DNA of 59,996 nucleotides, filler included, from Hausera hauseri (Eukaryota), in assembly GCA_046269625.1 (NCBI GenBank). It is 11 parts of 11 records of this genome, joined end to end, with 100 filler letters (N's around TTAATTAATTAA, not from the genome) between each part and the next. Parts side by side here need not be neighbours in the genome. Positions count along the whole stretch, not along the records: positions 11,511 to 16,510 come from JBJURY010365594.1; positions 16,611 to 21,458 come from JBJURY010415255.1; positions 21,559 to 26,118 come from JBJURY010527567.1; 8 more parts are not named here. One strand, written 5' to 3'. Positions 12,640 through 23,966 of the stretch are shown piece by piece. Every line of letters starts with the position of its first letter. The first letter of the stretch is position 1. The notes beneath the pieces are model-generated. The model did no database searches. It was not told where the DNA came from and saw nothing but the letters and a program-made list of their open reading frames with translations. Both the position numbers and the translations under genes were made by a program.

Positions 12640-12656
12640 TGGTGCCCCGAGTGAGG
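12640..12656 (+). promoter_or_regulatory. primer-binding site, elongator tRNA-Met
   Basis: TGGTGCCCCGAGTGAGG, 16/17 match to the complement of the animal elongator tRNA-Met 3' end (TGGTGCCCCGTGTGAGG). Lies just upstream of gag. Confidence 0.8.
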
Positions 12657-12756
12657 AGGCACACTGGCGTATAACACTCGAAGTAGAGTTAACGCTAATA
12701 TTGCAACTTCACGCACTGATTCAGCAAGGAGTAGTTCTGAATCAGACGAAAACCCT

Positions 12757-13996
12757 TTGGTTGAACCAAGCACGAATATAGAAAGAAACCCAATGTCTAG
12801 CTCCGGAATAGGAACTGACTCAAGCACAACTGGTACGATGGTCCTACCGATGGATAAGTTTGAAGGCAAACCGGACCAAGATTATAGCGAATTTCTGATG
12901 CAATACCAAATGTATTCGCAGAGTTTTGCGTGGTCAGATGAGCTCAGGATGCAACGTCTTCCCTTACATCTTAAAGGAATAGGACTTAGTGCTTATGCCC
13001 AGCTTACGGATGATGATAAAGCTGATTGGGCTAGCCTTAAGGACACCCTGGAAGAAAGACTCTTAGCAGACCCATCAGGAAAAGGTCGAATTGGAGAATT
13101 CAAAAGGCGACGTCAGAGAAAAGGTGAAAGCGTGCAGGAGTATGCATGTGCCCTTCAGAAGTTGGCCCAGAGAGCCTGTGCAGATGATGACATAAGAGAA
13201 GACGCCCTCCTGGTTTAGTTTTGTTATGGAGTTACCAAGGAAATACAGAATTATATTATTGTGGCAGATCCGGACATATAAAAATGCTGTCAGTAAGGCC
13301 AGGAAGATAGAATTAAATTACGAAAGATTAGAAAATACCAAAAAGCCTCCTAAAACTGATGACAAAAAGATAAAAAATTTTTAATCAAAGAAAAATTTGC
13401 AAAAACCATTTTACAAAATGCAGAATCAAATGGGACAACCTCAGAAGAAGGTAACATGGCAACAAAAACAACCTCAAAAATCTGCAATGAAAAAACCAGT
13501 GGTTAACCAGAACGGACAACCATTATGTTTCGCATGTCAAAAATATGAACATATGGCTCGTACCTGCTCTAATGAAGGACAATCAAGTCAGAAGAAAAAG
13601 AACGTTGATATAGTAGGTAATATATCCGATACAGATAATGAACACGAAACCACGGATACAGAGCCCGTAGAAACGATTGAAAAGCTACAACAAAAGATCA
13701 GATTCAAATTGAAAAAAAGTAAAACGAATACGATAAAAGAAGAAGATAAGATAGCTGAATTAAAACAGCTATACCTTGAATTAAAAGAGCAACAAATCTG
13801 TGAGAGAAGGCAGAAAATGAACGATGAAAGTTCAGTCATTGCTCCCATTCGTAGACCCAAAAAGACTCCTGCATCAGAATCGGATGTTGAAAAGAAAAGG
13901 GTCAAGAAGAAGGACAAACCTTTGATACAAGAAGAAGAATTGAAGACTCCGGAATTTAACTTACTTTCGGGAAGTGAAAGCGAAAATGTGAGTTAA
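12757..13996 (+). pseudogene. gag: Gypsy gag (capsid, CCHC knuckle, charged extension)
   Basis: KFEGKPDQDYSEFL, LPLHLKG, RRQRKGESVQEYA, knuckle CFACQKYEHMARTC. One stop and a frameshift. Confidence 0.9.
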
Positions 13997-14781
13997 GTGA
14001 AGAAAGTAAACCGAAGGAGAAGATAAAAAGAATAAGAAAAAAGAAAATTAAGGAAAAGTCTCCAAGTTATGAGTCTTCATCTGTCGATTTAGATCAAGAT
14101 GGCGTAGAAATAGTTCGGAAAATATCTAGCTATGCCAACCAAGAACTAATCGATGGCACTCGGTTTAGGCAAGATCTGTCCATGTTGCTATTGCCAACTA
14201 TTAGCCATCAACAATTTGCTGATTTACTGGATTTGCTGTTCATGTATGCTGCGGGTACAAGCCCATATCAGAATATTATACGATACATAATCTATCGATA
14301 TGCGGACAGGGTGAGGACAGTTGGAGAAAACCCTGAAGTAGTAGTTACTCTCCAACAATATAATCAAGAATTCCATGCTCTTAGAATGAAATCGTCGGAT
14401 ACAATAGCTATGTTAAAACATAAAATTGACGAAATAAGCCAGCCTCAAGGAGAATTGGAGTTACGCTTCTATGGACGAACATTGATGGACTACGAAACTT
14501 TATATGAAGAAGGTATTTGGGAAAATCGATATAATCCAGTGTGTATTACTTATAAACAGCCTGAACAATAGATAATCGATGAAATTATCACTGATGTCAG
14601 GCCAAAGGAAACACAAGAGGCCAAACATCAATATCAGGCTCAACCAGTAGAAGTCGGAGGAAATATACCTATATCAGAACAAATGCAAACGAACGAAAGA
14701 AACCGTGGTAGACCAAAAGGAACGACGAAACTTTATCAGTTGAAAGACAGGAAAGCTAGAGGTGATGAAGTTGTTTGAAGA

Positions 14782-15318
14782 TTGTTAATGACAGAAGAAG
14801 AATATGACATAGATAATGTATCATTGGCAACATTACTAAAAACCTTGTTAGCAAGAATGCATAATGCATTCATTGAGTTTAATACCAATTTACAAATACC
14901 GGATTCATTAATGCAAAATATTAGGAATGAAATTGCAAAGATTAGTGAACAATTTGCAGATATCCCTACAGACGAAAGGATAAATGAAATACAGGAAAGA
15001 GATATACTATCCAGAATGATGGGAACAGGAGTATCCCGAAATAAAATCGTGACGGCAATATCCTATCTCTTGTATAAGATAATAGTGATGAACGGTGTAA
15101 ATCCGAATCAAGAAGAGATAGAGAGAAATATAGAAATAGCTACAAGAGCCTTGAAAGCCAATGTTGAAGGATGGGTAAAATGCAGAGGTGGATGGATCAC
15201 TAGTCTGGTCCATACGACAATACATGAATCGGCGCCAACTACACAACAGCGAATGGAATATCTTCCACCTCAGCAATCAGAGAGACAACGAAACCAACAA
15301 CCGGATTTCGATTTATCT
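14782..15318 (+). CDS. Bcl-2-like domain (BH1/BH2-like motifs) in a retroelement polyprotein
   Basis: RMMGTGVSRNKIVTAISY resembles BH1 (ELFRDGVNWGRIVAFF). VEGWVKCRGGW resembles BH2 (WIxxxGGW). Spacing and helical pattern fit. Confidence 0.62.
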
Positions 15319-16510
15319 TGGTTAACTAAGGTTATACCCATACTCCTTCTGTTTAGCCTGATGCCAAAGGCTCTCTCGATTATTGCCTATGACTGTAGTC
15401 AGGCTAAGGAGGGTCCAATATACTCTTTATTAGACCTAGAGAAATGTCCTTTTGCCAATCCAGCCTCACTAACTACCATATCGAAAAAACAGTACTACGT
15501 CTATCAAGAGTCGGAGTTTGTGAAAACTAAAGTAAAAGAATGCTTTGTTCGAAAGAATCATTTTCACTTCATATGCGGATATTAGTATCGAAACTCAGTA
15601 ATAGTTGAACCAACTGCTCCATTCGAACCACTTCCTATAAGTAAACGGATGAGCATAGAGGCTTTTGTAAAAAAACAGATTAATATTGGCAATATTAGAT
15701 TGAAAGCTCAGAAAGGAAAAATTATCAATAAAAAAATTGTTGTGGCTGGAACAATTGATAAAACAGGATATTGTAAGGGTGAATCTTACAATATAAATGT
15801 TAAAATTTTGGATAATATAGTGGCTACTGAAGATTATCAGGTTGAGTTGAGAGAATATGATGCCCTCTTTGAGTTATCTTTAGGAAAAATGATGACATTC
15901 CCTGAATGTGATTACTATAATAAAGAATGCGACACTGGTGAATCAATTATGTCTTATGAAGTTGATAGGGATCAGTGTCAATTAGCCTTATTAAAAATAG
16001 GAAAGTTCAACGAAACAAAAGGATGAATCTACAAAGAAGAAATATTTAAGAGTATACTAGACCGAGCATCGGATATGATTGAGACTCCTACTATAGTATA
16101 TTTAGCAAACTCTCAAGACGGAATGAGATTTAAATTAGAAAGTGATACTAGGAAATGTGACATACAGTATTTCGAACAAATTATGAAGGGATATTCTTAT
16201 CCACAACAGAAATAACCAAAGCTAAAAGGAAAATCGATAAATCGAAAGTGAAACCCCATCTTTATTTTGATAATAAGATTGAGTTTATTTACCACTTCCA
16301 ACAAGAAAACATTTATGCTATGTATCGAGAGATAATATTAAACGACTGTAAGTTGAACAAAGAGATAATTAGGAACCGAATATATCTATCAGCGATAACG
16401 GACGGAATAATAAAAGATCCAGCTGAATCTCCTGATGCAGAAGGAAAGTTCGCTCGAACGATGGGTGAGACACTCGTAACTTTTGAATGCACAAAAGTAG
16501 CTGTCAAATT
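15319..16510 (+). pseudogene. env: env-like glycoprotein (class III / chuvirus-G-like), truncated by the contig end
   Basis: Hydrophobic signal WLTKVIPILLLFSLMPKALS, then IIAYDC...YSLLDLEKC. Cys-rich ectodomain, GYCKG and GETLVTFECTKVAV. Stops at 15583 and 16024 plus a frameshift. Confidence 0.78.
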
Positions 16511-16818
16511 NNNNNNNNNNNNNNNNNNNNNNNNNNNNNNNNNNNNNNNNNNNNTTAATTAATTAANNNNNNNNNNNNNNNNNNNNNNNNNNNNNNNNNN
16601 NNNNNNNNNNAACTTCCTGGTGAACTGGATGGATCTCAACAGAGCCTGGATCAGTTGTCAGGAGGATCTCTGTGGTTCTGGTTCTGACCTGTCCGGCTCT
16701 CTGGACCAGAACATTGATCGGATCAGAACCATTTTCCCAATGTCAGTCAGAAGGCTCACACTGAGCATGCTCAGACAACGGGTCGTGGTTCTGTTCTGAC
16801 GTGTGGCTCCCCCTGCAG

Positions 16819-16957
16819 GCCGGAGAGCCCATCACCTCCACCACTCAGGTTCTGACCGTGTCGGGTCTGGTTCCGTCGTCCAGCTACAACTGCAGCGTGA
16901 CGAGCTTCAGCTACAGCTCAGCCAGCCGGCCGGCCCGCATCACCGTCACCACCGCAG
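16819..16957 (+). CDS. ptpro: single exon of teleost-like receptor tyrosine phosphatase O (FN3 repeat)
   Basis: CAG|...|GTAG splice sites. VLTVSGLVPSSSYNCSVTSFSYSS matches the PTPRO YNCSVTSFS motif. GC-rich with GGTTCT-rich flanks, unlike the rest of the window. Confidence 0.75.
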
Positions 16958-17694
16958 GTAGGGGGCGGCCTGGAGTCGGGCCGCAGCACCGCCAGTGGGG
17001 GGCGCTGTGCAAACCTTAAACATGTTTTAACCAGATCAACACAAAGTACTGGGAAAATCTGAAATGTGTGGCGGGCTTTTTGTTCTGCTTTCCTCTGAAT
17101 GCAGTCAGCCAGACGCCTGAGTCTCACTGCAGCGGTTCTGGTTCTGGTCTCAGAGGTTCTGGCTCCTGCACGTTTCAACAACTCAAACTTAAGGCTTTTT
17201 AAGACCAAAACGAATGAAATTTAAGACCTGCACTATTACAATATCACAAATAAACAAATCCTATTAGTTGGCAACAGACGTGAGCCAATGAAGAAGATCA
17301 ACAGTGTCCAGCCAACTGGCAACTTATACACGATGGACATAAAAAGCTAGCTTTAACTTTTAATGTTAGCTTACCTAGTAAACTTTAGCAAGCTTTTCTA
17401 TTAGCAATATGAAAAACTATTATTAGATAGAAAGAGTATATTAGCAGTTAGCTACTATTCAGACCGCAGTGAAGATGCCTGCATGCGACTCAAAGTTTTG
17501 CATAGCAGTAAAATCCCTTGAGAAAAAAGAGAAAACTATGTAGAACATATGATAAGTATTCCTGCCACAACACAGTTTGAGTAACCATAATCCATCTGAT
17601 ATATTTTTATACAAGGGAAACACTTAAAGGACTAACACTTAACAGGAGCCAAAAGGCTAACATGATTTTTCTTTAAGAAACATCAGTAAACCAT

Positions 17695-17964
17695 ATGATA
17701 CGTCTAACATTGGACGTAGTTCTAATTTGTCAGACGATAATTTTGGATGAATTCGACGAACCGATAACGGGTGAAATTGATATCAACACAGTGCCGAGAG
17801 ATAGAATCAAATGTAAACTGTTGTATGCCAGTAGTGTGAATCCCGGTGGTTGGGCACCGGCATCGGTACTTCGTACGGTTGCTCGTCGGGAATATCCCCG
17901 ATTTATTAAACGTTTCAGTCAGTATGTCATCGAAAACACAATGGATTGTTTACCAAAATTTTGA
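17695..17964 (+). CDS. CERT1: C-terminal START-domain fragment of ceramide transfer protein
   Basis: [27 protein letters not shown] is diagnostic of the CERT/COL4A3BP C-terminus. Natural stop present, 5' part missing. Confidence 0.88.
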   Translation: MIRLTLDVVLICQTIILDEFDEPITGEIDINTVPRDRIKCKLLYASSVNPGGWAPASVLRTVARREYPRFIKRFSQYVIENTMDCLPKF

Positions 17965-18419
17965 TTTATTTTCCGATTTTTTTATTATTCAAAACCATAA
18001 TGCAATTTTATACGTGTTTTTTGGAATTGAATAAATACAACGTGATAGAGCGACTAACAAAATATATATATCTTTATTCAAGAAAACATGTCCAGATGTA
18101 TCCTACCTTTTCTATTGTGTGTATCAAATTTTTGTTTATTTTATTATTATTATTACCGATTATCATTGTTGAGTCTCCTTTACGATTTATATTTACTCAA
18201 GACGATCTATGTACACTGTTTATTTATATTGCGATACATTGATGCTGTTGTACTTTTAACAAATCGAAAAAGAGATGAAACATTTTGCCCATGTATTTCT
18301 CTAGCTCTCTTTTATAAAAGCAAAGTTAAATCTTCAATGTTACTGCTTACAACGGATGTGATCTTTGACCAATATATTTTGTACAGTTTATCTTTGAGAT
18401 TGTTCGGACTTATTTCATT

Positions 18420-19643
18420 ACAGAACTTTCTCGACTTACAGCAGAAGGTCCATTGGACAACATCGCCCATTATTTAAATGCCGTAATAATTTCTCTTCAT
18501 TGTTCCATGGGAATAGCGGTAAATATCAGTAGAGATGCCCGAGAACTATCTGTGAAACCAATGCAAAAATTTATTACTGAATCTATTGAATCATCGGATA
18601 GTCTCATGCAAGCAACCTTGGATGTGTATCCAGCTTCTCATCCAGTCACAGTTAATGTTGACGAATCCAAGAATCGAACTGAACAAATTCGCCAAGCCAT
18701 GGGTGAAACTCAAGCGGATGAAGTTAAGAATAGATTCAATAACCTTTTAAAATAGCTCCATGTCCAAGAGGAAGAAAAGCGGCAGGCGAAATTCAAAAAA
18801 TTACGTGATACGTATGCTAAACTGGAAGAGCAACTTCAGAAAACGATGATTCCCATTAAAGAATACGCGAATTTGTTCAGCAATAAAAGCAGCGAACTTG
18901 GGAGCCAGATGAGATCAAAAATGTTCAGTGGATGTGGTAGTATAGAACAGATGAAAATAAAAATATGTCGACAATCACTCGGGGCTGTTTGTACTCTCAT
19001 AGACAAACTGGCCAGTATGGGGTTCAATTTTGGAATAAAACAATTATGTCTAAATAATATTGAAAATGATGGTGCGTGTAATATCAAAAAAGCCGAAGAA
19101 CGAGCTCAGAAATGTTCCAATGAACGGGAATCAGGAAATGCTCCTGATGGATTTGGTGCTATGCATCGAGGAACTAAGGAAGGGCTGAAGGCCATGAAAG
19201 AGATATTTGGCTTTAATGTCACTTGGAAATTTAAACGATTGGCTTTTCAAGTAAGTGGTAATTCCCTTTTACATGGAACAGCAACATTAGCTTTAATCAT
19301 TGGTGATGCTATACAGGTCTTTGTAAATTTGATCATTTTGCTATTCGTTGGCCTTAAACTTATTTTGATGCTCGTCATATTCAAGTCTTTTAAGTATTGC
19401 AAAAAGTACATGGAAGATTTAGATCATGATAATATCTACGTCACAGTATATTTTGAGTATATTGACGAACAGAGAAAACGCGCTAACAGAAGCAGTCTTC
19501 TTCCATTAAAAAGTTTTGAAGTCAAGAAATTAATATACAACAATAAATTTTATACGGGATCAGAATTGAAAAAAACTTGTAAAGGGTGTTATAAAAATTA
19601 CTACAGTCGTTCTATCATTGACAATTTCTTTTATTATGTGTGA
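18420..19643 (+). pseudogene. DCST1: DC-STAMP-domain protein (DCST1/sneaky-like), intronless and partial
   Basis: GPLDNIAHYLNAVIISLHC and DHDNIYVTVYFEYIDEQRKRANRSSLLPLK motifs. One in-frame TAG at 18753 between two same-frame ORFs. Confidence 0.78.
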
Positions 19644-19759
19644 CATGTTCTATGAGTCATTCATTATAGTTTTTTTTAATTTTTAATTAGAAATAAAGCT
19701 TTGTTATATGCATTCATTTCTTTTCAATTATAAAATTTATCATAAGCGGATTTACTCCA

Positions 19760-21458
19760 AATGCCAGTAAATCACAAATGGTATACATGAAACACGTTGT
19801 CATTATTGTGGACATTTACACATGCTTTTTTATTAGCGATCCATTCCGGAAGCTGTATATATGAACTACTCGGCATGGGGGAGAATCTGTGCACATACAG
19901 AAGCAATCTATTGATGGTTGTCAGAATCCATCAGCTCTTCGTATCCTGACGCTGATCAGCTTTGCATGCTCTTCATGCAGCCACTCTACTATATAGGTGG
20001 CTTCAAAAATGGTTCTATTTCTGGTCTTAAAAGCACTTTTGGATTCTTCGGCATCAACATTGACCTATGTGGCCTCAAGTTTCATATTAACCTTAATGGC
20101 CTTGAGCTCAGCTATGTTGTCCTGAAGAATCCCTTCTGTTTCTTCCTCTGTGTACTCCAGAAACGCCTTGATGGTTGTTTGACCAGTTGAATCAATGACA
20201 TATTTGCGGCATTTTTACTTTAATGTTGCAGCATCAACTGGCCGCTGTCGATGACTCTTTGATGGAGCCGGTACGCCTGATGCGTCCGATGCGCGTTTTA
20301 GTCCTGCATCTGGCTGTACTGCAGGCTGTGCAACTGGCTTATGTTCATTAAAGATGATCTTCTTTAACTTTGATGCGAAGTCAGTCAAATGATGTTTGTG
20401 ATCTTCATAAAACTGTATGTATTTTCCATCACATACAGAGTCACATGCTGGGCAGATATAATAAATGATCCTGTTGAATTTGTGTCCATAATAGCTCCTC
20501 ATGGTATTGTGACAATTCTGAGGTGGTGTATTGCACATGTGCAAAAAACATATGAACTGCATCTTTGATTTTCCTTTGGCATGAAAGTCTTTATTGGCAT
20601 ATTGGTACTGAATATTTGTTTTTTCGACTTGGTGAAGGAAATCAAGTGTTGTTTGTTGACATAGTAAAAGTTTTCATAATTGGTTTGGCACACAACCTCA
20701 CATGTAGGGCATATATAATACTGAACCCTGTTGTAAATATGGCTAGTATTTCATCATAATACTATGGCAATTTTCAGGCTCATGGATTTGAGACAAGCAT
20801 TCTCTGTAAAGTTTGCAAATCTAAAAATCAACCAATTATTTGAGCAGCACAATTAAAAAACTCATCATTCGTTGAAGTGATTTTGGAAATAATGAAAAAT
20901 ATAGTCATATCACCATGTACTGTCCAGCTTAGTGATCGGTTTTAATGCATCTTTGTTTTAATGCATCAATTAAATTAAATACATGGTGGCGCCAAATTTA
21001 AGGTCTTCATATATAGCGAATCGAATGGAGTGATCTGATTCTTCGAATAATGCATGCTTGACCGAAATATTAGACTTGTAAGATCGAATTCGAATATCTG
21101 ATACCATATTCCGATTCGGTATATATGTCTTCATATCTGTGACCGCTATTAGATTTATTGATTTCCGATTCACTGGGCTTTAAATGCAGATTTTGCTTAA
21201 TTCGAAATTTTGATTTTATATCTATATAGTACATTTTCATGGAATAATTTTTATGTATGAGGGGGTTTTCATATATGAGGAATCGATTGCCGCTATTAGA
21301 TTTTTCGAATAATTCGAACTTCGATATTCGATCTCGAAAATATTCGAATTTCGAATATCTGACTTGAGATTCGAGATCGCCATATTCGACTTCCTATCTG
21401 TCCCCGCTAATTATAATATCGAATTTTGAGTGCTAGGGGCAAATAAAACCTATGGGAA
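19760..21458 (-). mobile_element. 5' portion of a Polinton-type PolB element
   Basis: Minus strand about 19780-19890 encodes FSPMPSSSYIQLPEWIANKKACVNVHNND/CFMY, the N-terminal motif of Polinton-type PolB ORFs. 20940-21400 is homologous to the repeats at 33330-35000. Confidence 0.7.
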
Positions 21459-21558
21459 NNNNNNNNNNNNNNNNNNNNNNNNNNNNNNNNNNNNNNNNNN
21501 NNTTAATTAATTAANNNNNNNNNNNNNNNNNNNNNNNNNNNNNNNNNNNNNNNNNNNN

Positions 21559-23966
21559 GATGAAGGAGAAGTATACATCGAACCAAATGTAAATTTTATG
21601 GATAAAAGTGAATTATGGATTGCTCATGCAATCGATAATATTCGAGAAAAGCAAGTAATTACTCGAATAACTAATGTTTCAAATAAATCGAAATTAATAA
21701 GAAAAGGCACAATAATTGCCTACACATATCCTATAAAAGATGTAGGAAATAAGGCAACAGAAGCCATTATCTCCATCGTACAAGAATTGTCCGAATTCGT
21801 GGAAAAAGAACAACACAGGTCACGAAAAGAAAGCGGGATGCGGTTAGAAAATGAATGAATAAATAAATTGAAAAGCCATCTTAATAAAAATAAGAAAATA
21901 ACAAAACTCGTTAAGACTCCTGTTAATTGGAATGATTATGATTTGTTTGGAAGGGACAGTATATTAACGGATATATAAAAAGAAGGTGTAATAAAAATAT
22001 TACACCAATATGAAAACGTATTCGCTGTAGATGAATATGATATGGGCGTAATACCGGTTATTAAGCATGAAATCAAATTAAAGCAAGGAATGGAGACCCC
22101 CATTAAAAAGAGATCGTATAGGCTCAATTATGATAAAAGAGAAAAGGCAAAAGAAATAATAGCTGAAATGAAACAACACAATATAATCCGACCCAGTAAT
22201 TCGCCATGGGCAGCCCCAATTGTAATAGTGCAAAAGAAAGACGGATCTATTAGGATGTGCGTAGACTATCGTGCTTTGAATGAAGTAACAGTGGATAACA
22301 CTTATCCGTTACCTAGGATCGACGAAATACTGGACAGATTAAAAGATAAAATGTTGTTTACCACGTTAGATCTACAAAAAGGTTTTTGGAAAATAGAGGT
22401 ACAGGAAGAGGACAAACAGAAAACAGCTTTTGTAACAGCAGATGGACATTACGAATTTAATAGGATGGTATTTGGGATGAAAAATGCTCCAGCAACATTT
22501 CAAACCGCCATGGATATAATTACAATGGGCGCTCCACACATAATGTGTTATGCAAATGATGTAATAATTGCGTCAACTGATTATAAACAACATAAAGAAC
22601 ACCTTAAGGATATGTTAGAGAGATGCGCGCTTCTAGGAATAAAGATTAGTTTAAAAAATGTTGTTTTGCCCCAACTAAAGTAGACTTCTTAGGCCACACG
22701 GTAAGTCGAGAAGGTATTAGTCCTCAAATTGAAAAAATAAATAAAATCCAAGATTTTCCAGTCCCAAAGACGGTCAAGGGAGTTCGAAAGTTTCTTGGCC
22801 TCACAGGCTATTACCGAAAATTTGTTAAAAACTATCAACAGATAGCTTCACCGTTGCATGCATTACTACAAGAAAATTCTAAACTTGTTTGGACTCAAGA
22901 GTGTCAAAAGGCTTACCAACAATTAAAAGATAACTTATTAGCTCCACCTATATTAGCATATCCAGATATGTCAAGGCCATATTTTTTAGCAACGGATGCC
23001 AGCAAAGTCGGAATCGGAGTTGTTTTATCACAAAAGGATGACCAAGGACAAGAACATCCGATATCGTTTGGAGGGAGAAAATTAAGAAAACATGAAAGGA
23101 ACTATTCCACAATTGAACGTGAATTACTCGCAATAGTTTATGCGTTAGAACAGTATGGCCAATATTTATCAGAAACCAAACCTATTATTATTTATACTGA
23201 TCATAAGCCATTACAGTGGTTGAAAAATCATAAAAATCCGAATAGTCGACTAATGAAGTGGGCTATGCTGCTTCAGCCATATGATCTGAAGTTTGAATAT
23301 AAAATGGGAAAAGCGAATGCTAATGCAGACTATATGTCAAGAATACCAGAAGATACAGATCAAACCGGAAAAGAATCCATAGATAAACCAGGTGTTATAG
23401 CAGCAATATGGAGCATCACAGGACAAGAGAGATCATTATTACAAAAGCAGCAAAATGATGAACAAATTAAACAAATCAGAGAATTTTTGAAAAGAAAAGT
23501 AATACCGAATGACACAGATCTTTACGCCCATTTAAAAAGTTTTGCTGAACATTATGAAATAAAGGATGATGTATTATATTATAACCATAAAGGAAAACTA
23601 GTTGTAGTTGTTCCGCAAAAAGATATAAAGTTGTTACTGACGCAATATCATGATGGTATGATGGGAGGACACCAGTCAGTAAAAAGAACCTTAGGAAGAT
23701 TGAAAAGAAAATATTATTGGCATACTATGACTAAAGATGTTCAGGATTGGTGTAAAAGTTGCCCAATTTGCGCCACTAGGAGGAATACTGGTTTAAAGAT
23801 TAAAGTTCCTCTTAAACCAATAGAATGTCCACCAGCCCCAATGGAATTCTCGGCTATGGACATTCTAGGACCGTTACCGATGACAATAAATGGAAACAAA
23901 TACATGTTAGTGTTTGTCGATCTATTCTCCAGATGGCCAGTTGTGATACCGATAACAAATCAGAAA
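21559..23966 (+). mobile_element. pol: Gypsy pol (RT, RNase H, N-terminal integrase)
   Basis: RMCVDYRALN, LDLQKGF, YAND (catalytic D to N), ATDAS, TDHKPL, HHCC zinc finger, MDILGPLP. One frameshift in an A-run near 22655. Confidence 0.95.
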
